64,000 bases of DNA from Eledone cirrhosa. Lineage: Eukaryota. A program made the translations under genes and the position numbers. The stretch covers positions 15,562,001-15,626,000 of the forward strand of contig OZ024740.1 of NCBI GenBank assembly GCA_964016885.1. The letters run 5' to 3'. The notes under the pieces were generated by a model. That model saw nothing but the letters and a program-made list of their open reading frames with translations. It did no database searches and was not told the DNA's origin. Position 1 is the first letter of the stretch. Each line of letters opens with the position of its first letter. Positions 1-15,000 of this stretch are shown here, piece after piece.

Positions 1-3000
1 CCAGCCCAGGTGTGTCTATATAATACAGTAGTTCCCAGCCCAGGTATGTCTATGTAATACAGTAGTTCCCAGCCCAGGTATGTCTTTATAATACAGTAGT
101 TCCCAGCAAAGGTATGTCTATATATTACAGTAGTTCCCAGCCCGGGTATGTCTATATAATACAGTAGTTCCCAGCCCAGGTATGTCTATATATTACAGTA
201 GTTCCCAGCCCAGGTATGTCTATATAATACAGTAGTTCCCAGCCCAGGTATGTCTATATTATATAATACAGTAGTTTCCAGCCCAGGTATGTCTATATAA
301 TATAGTAGTTCCCAACCCAGGTATGTCTATATAATACAGTAGTTCCCAGCCCAGGTATGTCTATATAATACAGTAGTTCCCAACCCAGGTATGTCTATAT
401 AATACAGTAGTTTCCAGCCCAGGTATGTCTATATAATACAGTAGTTCCCGGCCCAGGTATGTCTATATTATATAATACAGTAGTTCCCAGCCCAGGTATG
501 TCTATATAATATAGTAGTTCCCAGCCCAGGTATGTCTATATTATATATTACAGTAGTTCCCAGCCCAGGTATGTCTATATAATACAGTAGTTTCCAGCCC
601 AGGTATGTCTATATAATACAGTAGTTCCCAGCCCAGGTATGTCTATATAATACAGTAGTTCCCAGCCCAGGTATGTCTATATAATACAGTAGTTCACTGC
701 CCAGGTATGTCTATATAATACAGTAGTTCCCAGCCCAGGTATGTCTATATAATACAGTAGTCCCCAGCCCAGGTATGTCTATATATTACAGTAGTTCCCA
801 TCCCAGGTATGTCTATATTATATAATACAGTAGTTCCCAGCCCAGGTATGTCTATATAATACAGTAGTTCCCAGCCCAGTTATGTCTATATAATACAGTA
901 GTTCAGAGCCCTGTTATGTCTATATAATACAGTAGTTCCCAGCTCAGGTATATCTATATTATATAATACATTAGTTCCCAACCCAGGTATGTCTATATAA
1001 TACAGTAGTTCCCAGCCCAGGTATGTCTATATAATACAGTAGTTCCCAGCCCAGGTATGTCTATATAATAAAGTAGTTCCCAGCCCAGGTATGTCTATAT
1101 AATACAGTAGTTCCCAACCCAGGTATGTCTATATAATACAGTAGTTCCCAGCCCAGGTATGTCTATATAATACAGTAGTTCCCAACCCAGGTATGTCTAT
1201 ATAATACAGTAGTTCCCAGCCCAGGTATGTCTATATAATACAGTAGTTCCCATCCCAGGTATGTCTATATTATATAATGCAGTAGTTCCCAGCCCAGGTA
1301 TGTCTATATAATACAGTAGTTCACAGCCCTGTTATGTCTATATAATACAGTAGTTCCCAGCCCAGGTATGTCTATATAATACAGTAGATCCCAGCCCAGG
1401 TATGTCTCTATAATACAGTAGTTCCCAGCCCAGGTATGTCTATATAATACAGTAGTTCCCAGCCCAGGTATGTCTATAAAATACAGTAGTTCCCTGCCCA
1501 GGTATGTCTATATTATATAATACAGTAGTTCCCAGCTCAGGTATGTCTATATTATATAATACAGTAGTTCCTAGCCCAGGTATGTCTATATAATACAGTA
1601 GTTCCCAGCCCAGGTATGTCTATATAATATAGTAGTTCCCAGCCCAGGTATGTCTATATAATACAGTAGTTCCCAGCCCAGGTATGTCTATATAATACAG
1701 TAGTTCCCAGCCCAGGTATGTCTATATAATACAGTAGTTGCCAGCCCAGGTATGTCTATATAATACAGTAGTTCCCAGCCCAGGTATGTCTATATTATAT
1801 AATACAGTAGTTCCCAGCCCAGGTATGTCTATATAATACAGTAGTTCCCAGCCGAGGTATGTCTATATTATATAATACAGTAGTTCCCAGCCCAGGTATG
1901 TCTATATAATATAGTAGTTCCTAGCCCATGTATGTCTATATAATACAGCAGTTCCCAGCCCAGGTATGTCTATATAATATAATACAGTAGTTCCCAGCCC
2001 AGGTATGTCTATATAATACAGTAGTTCCCAGCCCAGGTATGTCTATATTATATAATATAGTAGTTCCCAGCCCAGGTATGTCTATATAATACAGTAGTTC
2101 CCAGCCCAGGTATGTCTATATAATATACTACAGTAGTTCCCAGCCCAGGTATGTCTATATAATACAGTAGTTCCCAGCCCAGGTATGTCTATATAATACA
2201 GTAGTTCCCAACCCAGGTATGTCTATATAATACAGTAGTTTCCAGCCCAGGTATGTCTATATAATACAGTAGTTCCCAGCCCAGGTATGTCTATATATTA
2301 CAGTAGTTCCCATCCCAGGTATGTCTATATTATATAATACAGTAGTTCCCAGCCCAGGTATGTCTATATAATACAGTAGTTCCCAGCCCAGGTATGTCTA
2401 TATAATACAGTAGTTCCCAACCCAGGTATGTCTATATAATACAGTAGTTCCCAGCCCAGGTATGTCTATATAATACAGTAGTTCCCAACCCAGGTATGTC
2501 TATATAATACAGTAGTTCACAGCCCTGTTATGTCTATATAATACAGTAGTTCCCAGCCCAGGTATGTCTATATAATACAGTAGATCCCAGCCCAGGTATG
2601 TCTATATAATACAGTAGTTCCCAGCCCAGGTATGTCTATATAATACAGTAGTTCCCAGCCCAGGTATGTCTATATAATACAGTAGTTCCCTGCCCAGGTA
2701 TGTCTATATAATACAGTAGTTCCCAGCCCAGTTATGTCTATATAATACAGTAGTTCCCAGCCCAGGTATGTCTATATAATATAGTAGTTCCCAGCCCAGG
2801 TATGTCTATATAATATAGTAGTTCCCAGCCCAGGTATGTCTATATTATATAATACAGTAGTTTTCAGCCCAGGTATGTCTATATAATACAGTAGTTCCCA
2901 GCCCAGGTATGTCTATATTATATAATACAGTAGTTCCCAGCCCAGGTATGTCTATATAATACAGTAGTTCCCAGCCCAGGTATGTCTATATAATATAGTA

Positions 3001-6000
3001 GTTCCCAGCCCAGGTATGTCTATATAATACAGTAGTTCCCAGCCCAGGTATGTCTATATAATACAGTAGTTCCCAGCCCAGGTATGTCTATATAATACAG
3101 TAGTTCCGAACCCAGGTATGTCTATATAATACAGTAGTTTCCAGCCCAGGTATGTCTATATAATACAGTAGTTCCCAGCCCAGGTATGTCTATATTATAT
3201 AATACAGTAGTTCCCAGCCCAGGTATGTCTATATAATACAGCAGTTCCCAGCCCAGGTATGTCTATATAATATAATACAGTAGTTCCCAGCCCAGGTATG
3301 TCTATATAATACAGTAGTTCCCAGCCCAGGTATGTCTATATTATATAATATAGTAGTTCCCAGCCCAGGTATGTCTATATAATACAGTAGTTCCGAACCC
3401 AGGTATGTCTATATAATACAGTAGTTTCCAGCCCAGGTATGTCTATATAATACAGTAGTTCCCTGCCCAGGTATGTCTATATAATATACTACAGTAGTTC
3501 CCAGCCCAGGTATGTCTATATAATACAGTAGTTCCCTGCCCAGGTATGTCTATATAATATACTACAGTAGTTCCCAGCCCAGGTATGTCTATATAATACA
3601 GTAGTTCCCAGCCCAGGTATGTCTATACAATATAGTAGTTCCCAGCCCAGGTATGTCTATATTATATAATACAGTAGTTCCCAGCCCAGGTATGTCTATA
3701 TATTACAGTAGTTCCCATCCCAGGTATGTCAATATTATATAATACAGTAGTTCCCAGCCCAGGTATGTCTATATTATATAATACAGTAGTTCCCAACCCA
3801 GGTATGTCTATATAATACAGTAGTTCCCAGCCCAGGTATGTCTATATAATACAGTAGTTCCCATCCCAGGTATGTCTATATTATATAATACAGTAGTTCC
3901 CAACCCAGGTATGTCTACATAATACAGTAGTTCCCAGCCCAGGTATGTCTATATTATATAATACAGTAGTTCCCAGCCCAGGTATGTCTATATAATACTG
4001 TAGTTCCCAGCCCAGATATGTCTATATAATGCAGTAGTTCCCAGCCCAGGTATGTCTATATTATATAATACAGTAGTTCCCATCCCAGTTATGTCTATAT
4101 AATGCAGTAGTTCCCAACCCAGGTATGTCTATATAATACAGTAGTTCCCAGCCCAGGTATGTCTATATAATAAAGTAGTTGCTAGCCCAGGTATGTCTAT
4201 ATAATACAGTAGTTCCCAGCCCTGTTATGTCTATATAATACAGTAGTTCCCAGCCCAGGTATGTCTATATAATACTGTAGTTCCCAGCCCAGGTATGGCT
4301 ATATAATACAGTAGTTCCCAGCCCAGGTATGTCTATATTATATAATACAGTAGTTCCCATCCAAGGTATGTCTATATTCTATAATACAGTAGTTCCCAGC
4401 CCAGGTATGTCTATATAATACAGTAGTTCCCAGCCCAGGTATGTCTATATAATACTGTAGTTCCCAGCCCAGGTATGTCTATATAATGCAGTAGTTCCCA
4501 GCCCAGGTATGTCTATATAATGCAGTAGTTCCCAGCCCAGGTATGTCTACATAATACAGTAGTTCCAAGCCCAGGTATGTCTATATTAAATACTACAGTA
4601 GTTGCCAGTACAGGTATGTCTATATAATACAGTAGTTCCCAGCCCTGGTATGTATATATTATATAATACAGATGTTTCCAGCCCAGGTATGTCTATATAA
4701 TACAGTAGTTCCCAGCCAAGGTATGTCTACATAATACAGTAGTTCCCAGCCCAGGTATGTCTATATATTACAGTAGTTCCCAGCCCAGGTATGTCTATAT
4801 AATACAGTAGTTCCCAACCCAGGTATGTCTATATTATATAATACAGTAGTTCCCAGCCCATGTATGTCTATATAATGCAGTAGTTCCTAGCCCAGGTATG
4901 TCTATATAATACAGTAGTTCCCAGCCCAGGTATGTCTATATATTACAGTAGTTCCCAGCCCAGGTATGTCTATATAATACAGTAGTTCCCAACCCAGGTA
5001 TGTCTATATTATATAATACAGTAGTTCCCAGCCCATGTATGTCTATATAATGCAGTAGTTCCCAGCCCAGGTATGTCTATATAATGCAGTAGTTCCCAAC
5101 CCAGGTATGTCTATATAATACAGTAGTTCCCAGCCCTGTTATGTCTATATAATACAGTAGTTCCCAGCCCAGGTATGTCTATATAATACAGTAATTCCCA
5201 TCCCAGGTATGTCTATATTATATAATACAGTAGTTCCCAGCCCAGGTATGTCTATATATTACAGTAGTTCCCAGCCCAGGTATGTCTATATAATACAGTA
5301 GTTCCCAGCCCAGGTATGTCTATGTAATACAGTAGTTCCCAGCCCAGGTATGTCTATATACTACAGTAGTTCCCAGCCCAGGTATGTCTATATAATACAG
5401 TAGTTCCCAACCCAGGTATGTCTATATAATACAGTAGTTCCCAGCCCAGGTATGTCTATATAATACAGTAGTTCCCAGCCCAGGTATGTCTATATTATAT
5501 ACTACAGTAGTTCCCAGCCCAGGTATGTCTATATAATACAGTAGTTCCCAGCCCTTGTATGTATATATTATATAATACAGTAGTTCCCAGCCCAGGTATG
5601 TCTATATAATACAGTAGTTCCCAGCCCAGGTATGTCTATATTATATAATACTGTAGTTCCCAACCCAGGTATGTCTATATAATACAGTCGTTCCCAGCCC
5701 AGGTATGTCTATATAATACAGTAGTTCCCAGCCCAGGTATGTCTATATAATACAGTAGTTCCCAGCCCAGGTATGTCTATATAATAAAGTAGTTCCCAGC
5801 CCAGGTATGTCTATATAATACAGTAGTTCCCATCCCCGGTACGTCTGTATTATATAATACAGTAGTTCCCAACCCAGGTATGTCTATATAATACAGTAGT
5901 TCCCAGCCCAGGTATGTCTATATAATACAGTAGTTCCCAGCCCAGGTATGTCTATATAATACAGTAGTTCCCATCCCAGGTATGTCTATATAATACAGTA

Positions 6001-9000
6001 GTTCCCAGCCCAGGTATGTCTATATAATACAGTAGTTCCCATCCCAGGTATGTCTGTATTATATAATACAGTAGTTCCCAACCCAGGTATGTCTATATAA
6101 TACAGTAGTTCCCAGCCCAGGTATGTCTATATAATACAGTAGTTCCCAGCCCAGGTATGTCTATATAATACAGTAGTTCCCATCCCAGGTATGTCTGTAT
6201 TATATAATACAGTAGTTCCCAACCCAGGTATGTCTATATAATACAGTAGTTCCCAGCCCAGGTATGTCTATATAATACAGTAGTTCCCAGCCCAGGTATG
6301 TCTATATAATACAGTAGATCCCAGCCCACGTATGTCAATATAATACAGTAGTTCCCAGCCCAGGTATGTCTATATAATACAGTAGTTTTCAGCCCAGGTA
6401 TGTCTATATAATACAGTAGTTCCCAGCCCAGGTAAGTCTATATTATATATTACAGTAGTTTTCAGCCCAGGTATGTCTACATAATACAGTAGATCCCAGC
6501 CCAGGTATGTCAATATAATACAGTAGTTCCCAGCCCAGGTATGTCTATATAATACAGTAGTTCCCAGCCCAGGTATGTCTACATAATATAGTAGTTCCCA
6601 GCCCAGGTAAGTCTATATTATATATTACAGTAGTTTTCAGCCCAGGTATGTCTATATAATACAGTAGTTCCCAGCCCAGGTATGTCTATATAATACAGTA
6701 GTTTTCAGCCCAGGTATGTCTATATAATACAGTAGTTCCCAGCCCAGGTATGTCTATATAATATAATACAGTAGTTCCCAGCCCAGGTATGTCTATATTA
6801 TATAATACAGTAGCTCCCAGCCCAGGTATGTCTATATAATACAGTAGTTCCCAGCCCAGGTATGTCTATATAATACAGTAGTTCCCAGCCAGAGGTATGT
6901 CTATATTATATAATACAGTAGTTCCCAGCCCATGTATGTCTATATTATATAATACAGTAGTTCCCAGCCCAGGTATGTCTATATTATATAATACAGTAGT
7001 TCCCAGCCCAGGTATGTCTATATAATACAGTAGTTCCCAGCCCAGGTATGTCTATATAATACAGTAGTTCCCAGCCCAGGTATGTCTATATAATACAGTA
7101 GTTCCCATCCCAGGTATGTCTATATAATACACTAGTTCCCAACCCAGGTATGTCTATATAATACAGTAGTTCCCATCCCAGGTATGTCTATATAATACAG
7201 TAGTTCCCATCCCAGGTATGTCTATATTATATAATGCAGTAGTTCCCAGCCCAGGTATGTCTATATTATATAATGCAGTAGTTCCCATCCCAGGTATGTC
7301 TATATTATATAATGCAGTAGTTCCCAGCCCAGGTATGTCTATATTATATAATACGGTAGTTCCCAGTCCAGGTATGTCTATATAATACAGTAGTTCCCAG
7401 CCCAGGTATGTCTATATAATGCAGTAGTTCCCAGCCCAGGTATGTCTATATAATACAGTAGTTCCCAACCCAGGTATGTCTATATAATACAGTAGTTCCC
7501 AGCCCAGGTATGTCTTTATAATACAGTAGTTCCCAGCCCAGGTATGTCTATATATTACAGTAGTTCCAAGCCCAGGTATGTCTATATAATACAGTAGTTC
7601 CCAACCCAGGTATGTCTATATAATACAGTAGTTCCCAGCCCAGGTATGTCTATATAATACAGTAGTTCCCAGCCCAGGTATGTCTATATAATACAGTAGT
7701 TCCCTGCCCAGGTATGTCTATATAATACAGGAGTTCCCAGCCCAGGTATGTCTATATTATATAATACAGTAGTTTTCAGCCCAGGTATGTCTATATAATA
7801 CAGTAGTTCCCAGCCCAGGTATGTCTATATAATACAGTAGTTCCCAGCCCAGGTATGTCTATATAATACAGCAGCTCCCAGCCCAGGTATGTCTATATTA
7901 TATAATACAGTAGCTCCCAGCCCAGGTATGTCTATATTATATAATACAGTAGTTCCCAGCCCAGGTATGTCTATATTATATAATACAGTAGTTCCCAGCC
8001 CAGGTATGTCTATATTATATAATACAGTAGCTCCCAGCCCAGGTATGTCTATATAATACAGTAGTTCCCAGCCCAGGTATGTCTATATAATACAGTAGTT
8101 CCCAGCCAGAGGTATGTCTATATTATATAATACAGTAGTTCCCAGCCCAGGTATGTCTATATAATACAGTAGTTCCCAGCCCAGGTATGTCTATATAATA
8201 CAGTAGTTTTCAGCCCAGGTATGTCTATATAATACAGTAGCTCCCAGCCCAGGTATGTCTATATAATACAGTAGTTCCCAGCCCAGGTATGTCTATATAA
8301 TACAGTAGTTCCCAGCCCAGGTATGTCTATATTATATAATACAGTAGTTCCCAGCCCAGGTATGTCTATATAATACAGTAGTTTTCAGCCCAGGTATGTC
8401 TATGTAATACAGTAGTTCCCAGCCCAGGTATGTCTATATAATATAATACAGTAGTTCCCAGCCCAGGTATGTCTATATTATATAATACAGTAGTTCCCAG
8501 CCCAGCTATGTCTATATAATACAGTAGTTCCCAGCCCAGGTATGTCTATATAATAAAGTAGTTCCCAGCCCAGGTATGTCTATATAATACACTAGTTCCC
8601 AACCCAGGTATGTCTATATAATATAGTAGTTCCCATCCCAGGTATGTCTATATAATACAGTAGTTCCCATCCCAGGTATGTCTATATTATATAATGCAGT
8701 AGTTCCCAGCCCAGGTATGTCTATATTATATAATGCAGTAGTTCCCAGCCCAGGTATGTCTATATAATACAGTAGTTCCCATCCCAGGTATGTCTATATT
8801 ATATAATACGGTAGTTCCCAGTCCAGGTATGTCTATATAATACAGTAGTTCCCAGCCCAGGTATGTCTATATAATACAGTAGTTCCCATCCCAGGTATGT
8901 CTATATAATACAGTAGTTCCCATCCCAGGTATGTCTATATTATATAATGCAGTAGTTCCCAGCCCAGGTATGTCTATATTATATAATGCAGTAGTTCCCA

Positions 9001-12000
9001 GCCCAGGTATGTCTATATAATACAGTAGTTCCCAACCCAGGTATGTCTATATAATACAGTAGTTCCCAGCCCAGGTATGTCTATATAATACAGTAGTTCC
9101 CAGCCCAGGTATGTCTATATAATACAGTAGTTCCCTGCCCAGGTATGTCTATATAATACAGCAGTTCCCAGCCCAGGTATGTCTATATTATATAATACAG
9201 TAGCTCCCAGCCCAGGTATGTCTATATAATGCAGTAGTTCCAAGCCCAGGTATGTCTATATTATATAATACAGGAGTTCCCAGCCCAGGTATGTCTATAT
9301 TATATAATACAGTAGTTTTCAGCCCAGGTATGTCTATTTAATACAGTAGTTCCCAGCCCAGGTATGTCTATATAATACAGTAGTTCCCAGCCCAGGTATG
9401 TCTATATAATACAGTAGTTCCCAGCCCAGGTATGTCTATATAATACAGCAGTTCCCAGCCCAGGTATGTCTATATTATATAATACAGTAGCTCCCAGCCC
9501 AGGTATGTCTATATAATGCAGTAGTTCCCAGCCCAGGTATGTCTATATTATATAATACAGTAGTTCCCAGCCCAGGTATGTATATATAATACAGTAGTTC
9601 CCAGCCCAGGTATGTCTATATAATACAGTAGTTCCCAGCCCAGGTATGTCTATATAATACAGTAGTTCCCTGCCCAGGTATGTCTATATAATACAGTAGT
9701 TCCCAGCCCAGGTATGTCTATATAATACAGTAGTTCCCAGCCCATGTATGTCTATATAATACAGTAGTTCCCAGCCCAGTAATGTCTATATAATACAGTA
9801 GTTCCCAGCCCAGGTATGTCTATATAATACAGTAGTTCCCAGCCCAGGTATGTCTATATAATACAGTAGTTCCCAGCCCAGGTATGTCTATATAATACAG
9901 TAGTTCCCAGCCCAGGTATTTATATATTATATAATACAGTAGTTCCCAGCCCAGGTATGTCTATATAATACAGTAGTTCCCAGCCCAGGTATGTCTATAT
10001 AATACAGTAGTTCCCTGCCCAGGTATGTCTATATAATACAGTAGTTCCCAACCCAGGTATGTCTATATTATATAATACAGTAGTTTTCAGCCCAGGTATG
10101 TCTATATAATACAGTAGTTCCCAGCCCAGGTATGTCTATATTATATAATACAGTAGTTCCCAGCCCAGGTATGTCTATATTATACAGTAGTTCCCATCCC
10201 AGGTATGTCTATATAATACAGTAGTTCCCAGCCCAGGTATGTCTATATTATATAATACAGTAGTTCCCAGCCCAGGTATGTCTATATAATACAGTAGTTC
10301 CCAGCCCAGGTATGTCTATATAATACAGTAGTTCCCAGCCCAGGTATGTCTATATAATACAGTAGTTCCCAGCCCAGGTATGTCTATATAATACAGTAGT
10401 TCCCATCCCAGGTATGTCTATATTATATAATGCAGTAGTTCCCAGCCCAGGTATGTCTATATTATATAATGCAGTAGTTCCCAGCCCAGGTATGTCTATA
10501 TAATACAGTATTTCCCATCCCAGGTATGTCTATATAATACAGTAGATCCCATCCCAGGTATGTCTATATTATATAATGCAGTAGTTCCCAGCCCAGGTAT
10601 GTCTATATTATATAATACGGCAGTTCCCAGCCCAGGTATGTCTATATAATACAGTATTTCCCATCCCAGGTATGTCTATATAATACAGTAGTTCCCATCC
10701 CAGGTATGTCTATATTATATAATGCAGTAGTTCCCAGCCCAGGTATGTCTATATTATATAATGCAGTAGTTCCCATCCCAGGTATGACTATATTATATAA
10801 TGCAGTAGTTCCCAGCCCAGGTATGTCTATATTATATAATGCAGTAGTTCCCAGCCCAGGTATGTCTATATAATACAGTAGTTCCCATCCCAGGTATGTC
10901 TATATTATATAATACGGTAGTTCCCAGTCCAGGTATGTCTATATAATACAGTAGTTCCCAGCCCAGGTATGTCTATATAATGCAGTAGTTCCCAGCCCAG
11001 GTATGTCTATATAATACAGTAGTTCCCAACCCAGGTATGTCTATATAATACAGTAGTTCCCAGCCCAGGTATGTCTTTATAATACAGTAGTTCCCAGCCC
11101 AGGTATGTCTATATATTACAGTAGTTCCCAGCCCAGGTATGTCTATATAATACAGTAGTTCCCAACCCAGGTATGTCTATATAATACAGTAGTTCCCAGC
11201 CCAGGTATGTCTATATAATACAGTAGTTCCCAGCCCAGGTATGTCTATATAATACAGTAGTTCCCTGCCCAGGTATGTCTATATAATACAGGAGTTCCCA
11301 GCCCAGGTATGTCTATATTATATAATACAGTAGTTTTCAGCCCAGGTATGTCTATATAATACAGTAGTTCCCAGCCCAGGTATGTCTATATAATACAGTA
11401 GTTCCCAGCCCAGGTATGTCTATATAATACAGCAGTTCCCAGCCCAGGTATGTCTATATTATATAATACAGTAGCTCCCAGCCCAGGTATGTCTATATTA
11501 TATAATACAGTAGTTCCCAGCCCAGGTATGTCTATATTATATAATACAGTAGCTCCCAGCCCAGGTATGTCTATATAATACAGTAGTTCCCAGCCCAGGT
11601 ATGTCTATATAATACAGTAGTTCCCAGCCAGAGGTATGTCTATATTATATAATACAGTAGTTCCCAGCCCAGGTATGTCTATATAATACAGTAGTTCCCA
11701 GCCCAGGTATGTCTATATAATACAGTAGTTTTCAGCCCAGGTATGTCTATATAATACAGTAGCTCCCAGCCCAGGTATGTCTATATAATACAGTAGTTCC
11801 CAGCCCAGGTATGTCTATATAATACAGTAGTTCCCAGCCCAGGTATGTCTATATTATATAATACAGTAGTTCCCAGCCCAGGTATGTCTATATAATACAG
11901 TTGTTTTCAGCCCAGGTATGTCTATATAATACAGTAGTTCCCAGCCCAGGTATGTCTATATAATATAATACAGTAGTTCCCAGCCCAGGTATGTCTATAT

Positions 12001-15000
12001 TATATAAAACAGTAGTTCCCAGCCCAGCTATGTCTATATAATACAGTAGTTCCCAGCCCAGGTATGTCTATATAATACAGTAGTTCCCAGCCCAGGTATG
12101 TCTATATAATACCGTAGTTCCCTGCCCAGGTATGTCTATATGATACAGGAGTTCCCAGCCCAGGTAAGTCTATATTATATAATACAGTAATTTTCAGCCC
12201 AGGTATGTCTATATAATACAGTAGTTCCCAGCCCAGGTATGTCTATATTATATAATACAGTAGTTCCCAGCCCAGGTATGTCTATATTATATAATACAGT
12301 AGTTCCCAGCCCAGGTATGTCTATATTATATAATACAGTAGTTCCCAGCCCAGGTATGTCTATATAATACAGTAGTTCCCAGCCCAGGTATGTCTATATA
12401 ATACAGTAGTTCCCAGCCCAGGAATGTCTATATAATACAGGAGTTCCCTGCCCAGGTATGTCTATATAATACAGTAGTTCCCAGCCCAGTTATGTCTATA
12501 TTATATATTACAGTAGTTTTCAGCCCAGGTATGTCTATATAATACAGTAGTTCCCAGCCCAGGTATGTCTATATAATACAGTAGTTCCCAGCCCAGGTAT
12601 GTCTATATAATACAGTAGTTCCCAGCCCAGGTATGTCTATATAATACAGTAGTTCCCAGCCCAGGTATGTCTATATTATATAATACAGTAGTTCCCAGCC
12701 CAGGTATGTCTATATAATACAGTAGTTCCCAGCCCAGGTATGTCTATATAATATAGTAGTTCCCAGCCCAGGTATGTCTATGTAATACAGTAGTTCCCAG
12801 CCCAGGTATGTCTATATAATACAGTAGCTCCCAGCCCAGGTATGTCTATATAATACAGTAGTTCCCAGCCCACGTATGTCTATATAATACAGTAGTTCCC
12901 AGCCCAGGTATGTCTATATAATACAGTAGTTCCCAGCCCAGGTATGTCTATATAATACAGTAGTTGCCAGCCCAGGTATGTCTATATAATACAGTAGTTC
13001 CCAGCCCAGGTATGTCTATATTATATAATACAGTAGTTCCCAGCCCAGGTATGTCTATATAATACAGTAGTTCCCATCCCAGGTATGTCTATATAATACA
13101 CTAGTTCCCAACCCAGGTATGTCTATATAATACAGTAGTTCCCATCCCAGGTATGTCTATATAATACAGTAGTTCCCATCCCAGGTATGTCTATATTATA
13201 TAATGCAGTAGTTCCCAGCCCAGGTATGTCTATATTATATAATGCAGTAGTTCCCAGCCCAGGTATGTCTATATAATACAGTAGTTCCCATCCCAGGTAT
13301 GTCTATATTATATAATACGGTAGTTCCCAGTCCAGGTATGTCTATATAATACAGTAGTTCCCAGCCCAGGTATGTCTATATAATACAGTAGTTCCCATCC
13401 CAGGTATGTCTATATAATACAGTAGTTCCCATCCCAGTTATGTCTATATTATATAATGCAGTAGTTCCCAGGCCAGGTATGTCTATATTATATAATGCAG
13501 TAGTTCCCAGCCCAGGTATGTCTATATAATACAGTAGTTCCCATCCCAGGTATGTCTATATTATATAATACGGTAGTTCCCAGTCCAGGTATGTCTATAT
13601 AATACAGTAGTTCCCAGCCCAGGTATGTCTATATAATGCAGTAGTTCCCAGCCCAGGTATGTCTATATAATACAGTAGTTCCCAACCCAGATATGTCTAT
13701 ATAATACAGTAGTTCCCAGCCCAGGTATATCTATATTATATAATACAGTAGTTCCCAGCCCAGGTATGTCTATATATTACAGTAGTTCCCAGCCCAGGTA
13801 TGTCTATATAATACAGTAGTTCCCAACCCAGGTATGTCTATATAATACAGTAGTTCCCAGCCCAGGTATATCTATATTATATAATACAGTAGTTCCCAGC
13901 CCAGGTATGTCTATATAATACAGTAGTTCCCAGCCCAGGTATGTCTATATAATACAGTAGTTCCCAACCCAGGTATGTCTATATAATACAGTAGTTCCCA
14001 GCCCAGGTATGTCTATATAATACAGTAGTTCCCATCCCAGTTATGTCTATATTATATAATGCAGTAGTTCCCAGGCCAGGTATGTCTATATTATATAATG
14101 CAGTAGTTCCCAGCCCAGGTATGTCTATATAATACAGTAGTTCCCATCCCAGGTATGTCTATATTATATAATACGGTAGTTCCCAGTCCAGGTATGTCTA
14201 TATAATACAGTAGTTCCCAGCCCAGGTATGTCTATATAATGCAGTAGTTCCCAGCCCAGGTATGTCTATATAATACAGTAGTTCCCAACCCAGATATGTC
14301 TATATAATACAGTAGTTCCCAGCCCAGGTATATCTATATTATATAATACAGTAGTTCCCAGCCCAGGTATGTCTATATATTACAGTAGTTCCCAGCCCAG
14401 GTATGTCTATATAATACAGTAGTTCCCAACCCAGATATGTCTATATAATACAGTAGTTCCCAGCCCAGGTATATCTATATTATATAATACAGTAGTTCCC
14501 AGCCCAGGTATGTCTATATAATACAGTAGTTCCCAGCCCAGGTATGTCTATATAATACAGTAGTTCCCAACCCAGGTATGTCTATATAATACAGTAGTTC
14601 CCAGCCCAGGTATGTCTATATAATACAGTAGTTCCCAGCCCAGGTATGTCTATATAATACAGTAGTTCCCTGCCCAGGTATGTCTATATAATACAGTAGT
14701 TCCCAGCCCAGGTATGTCTATATAATACAGCAGTTCCCAGCCCAGGTATGTCTATATTATATAATACAGTAGCTCCCAGCCCAGGTATGTCTATATAATA
14801 CAGTAGTTCCCAGCCCAGGTATGTCTATATAATACAGTAGTTCCCTGCCCAGGTATGTCTATATAATACAGTAGTTCCCAACCCAGGTATGTCTATATAA
14901 TACAGTAGTTCCCAGCCCAGGTAAGTCTATATAATACAGTAGTTCCCAACCCAGATATGTCTATATAATACAGTAGTTCCCAGCCCAGGTATATCTATAT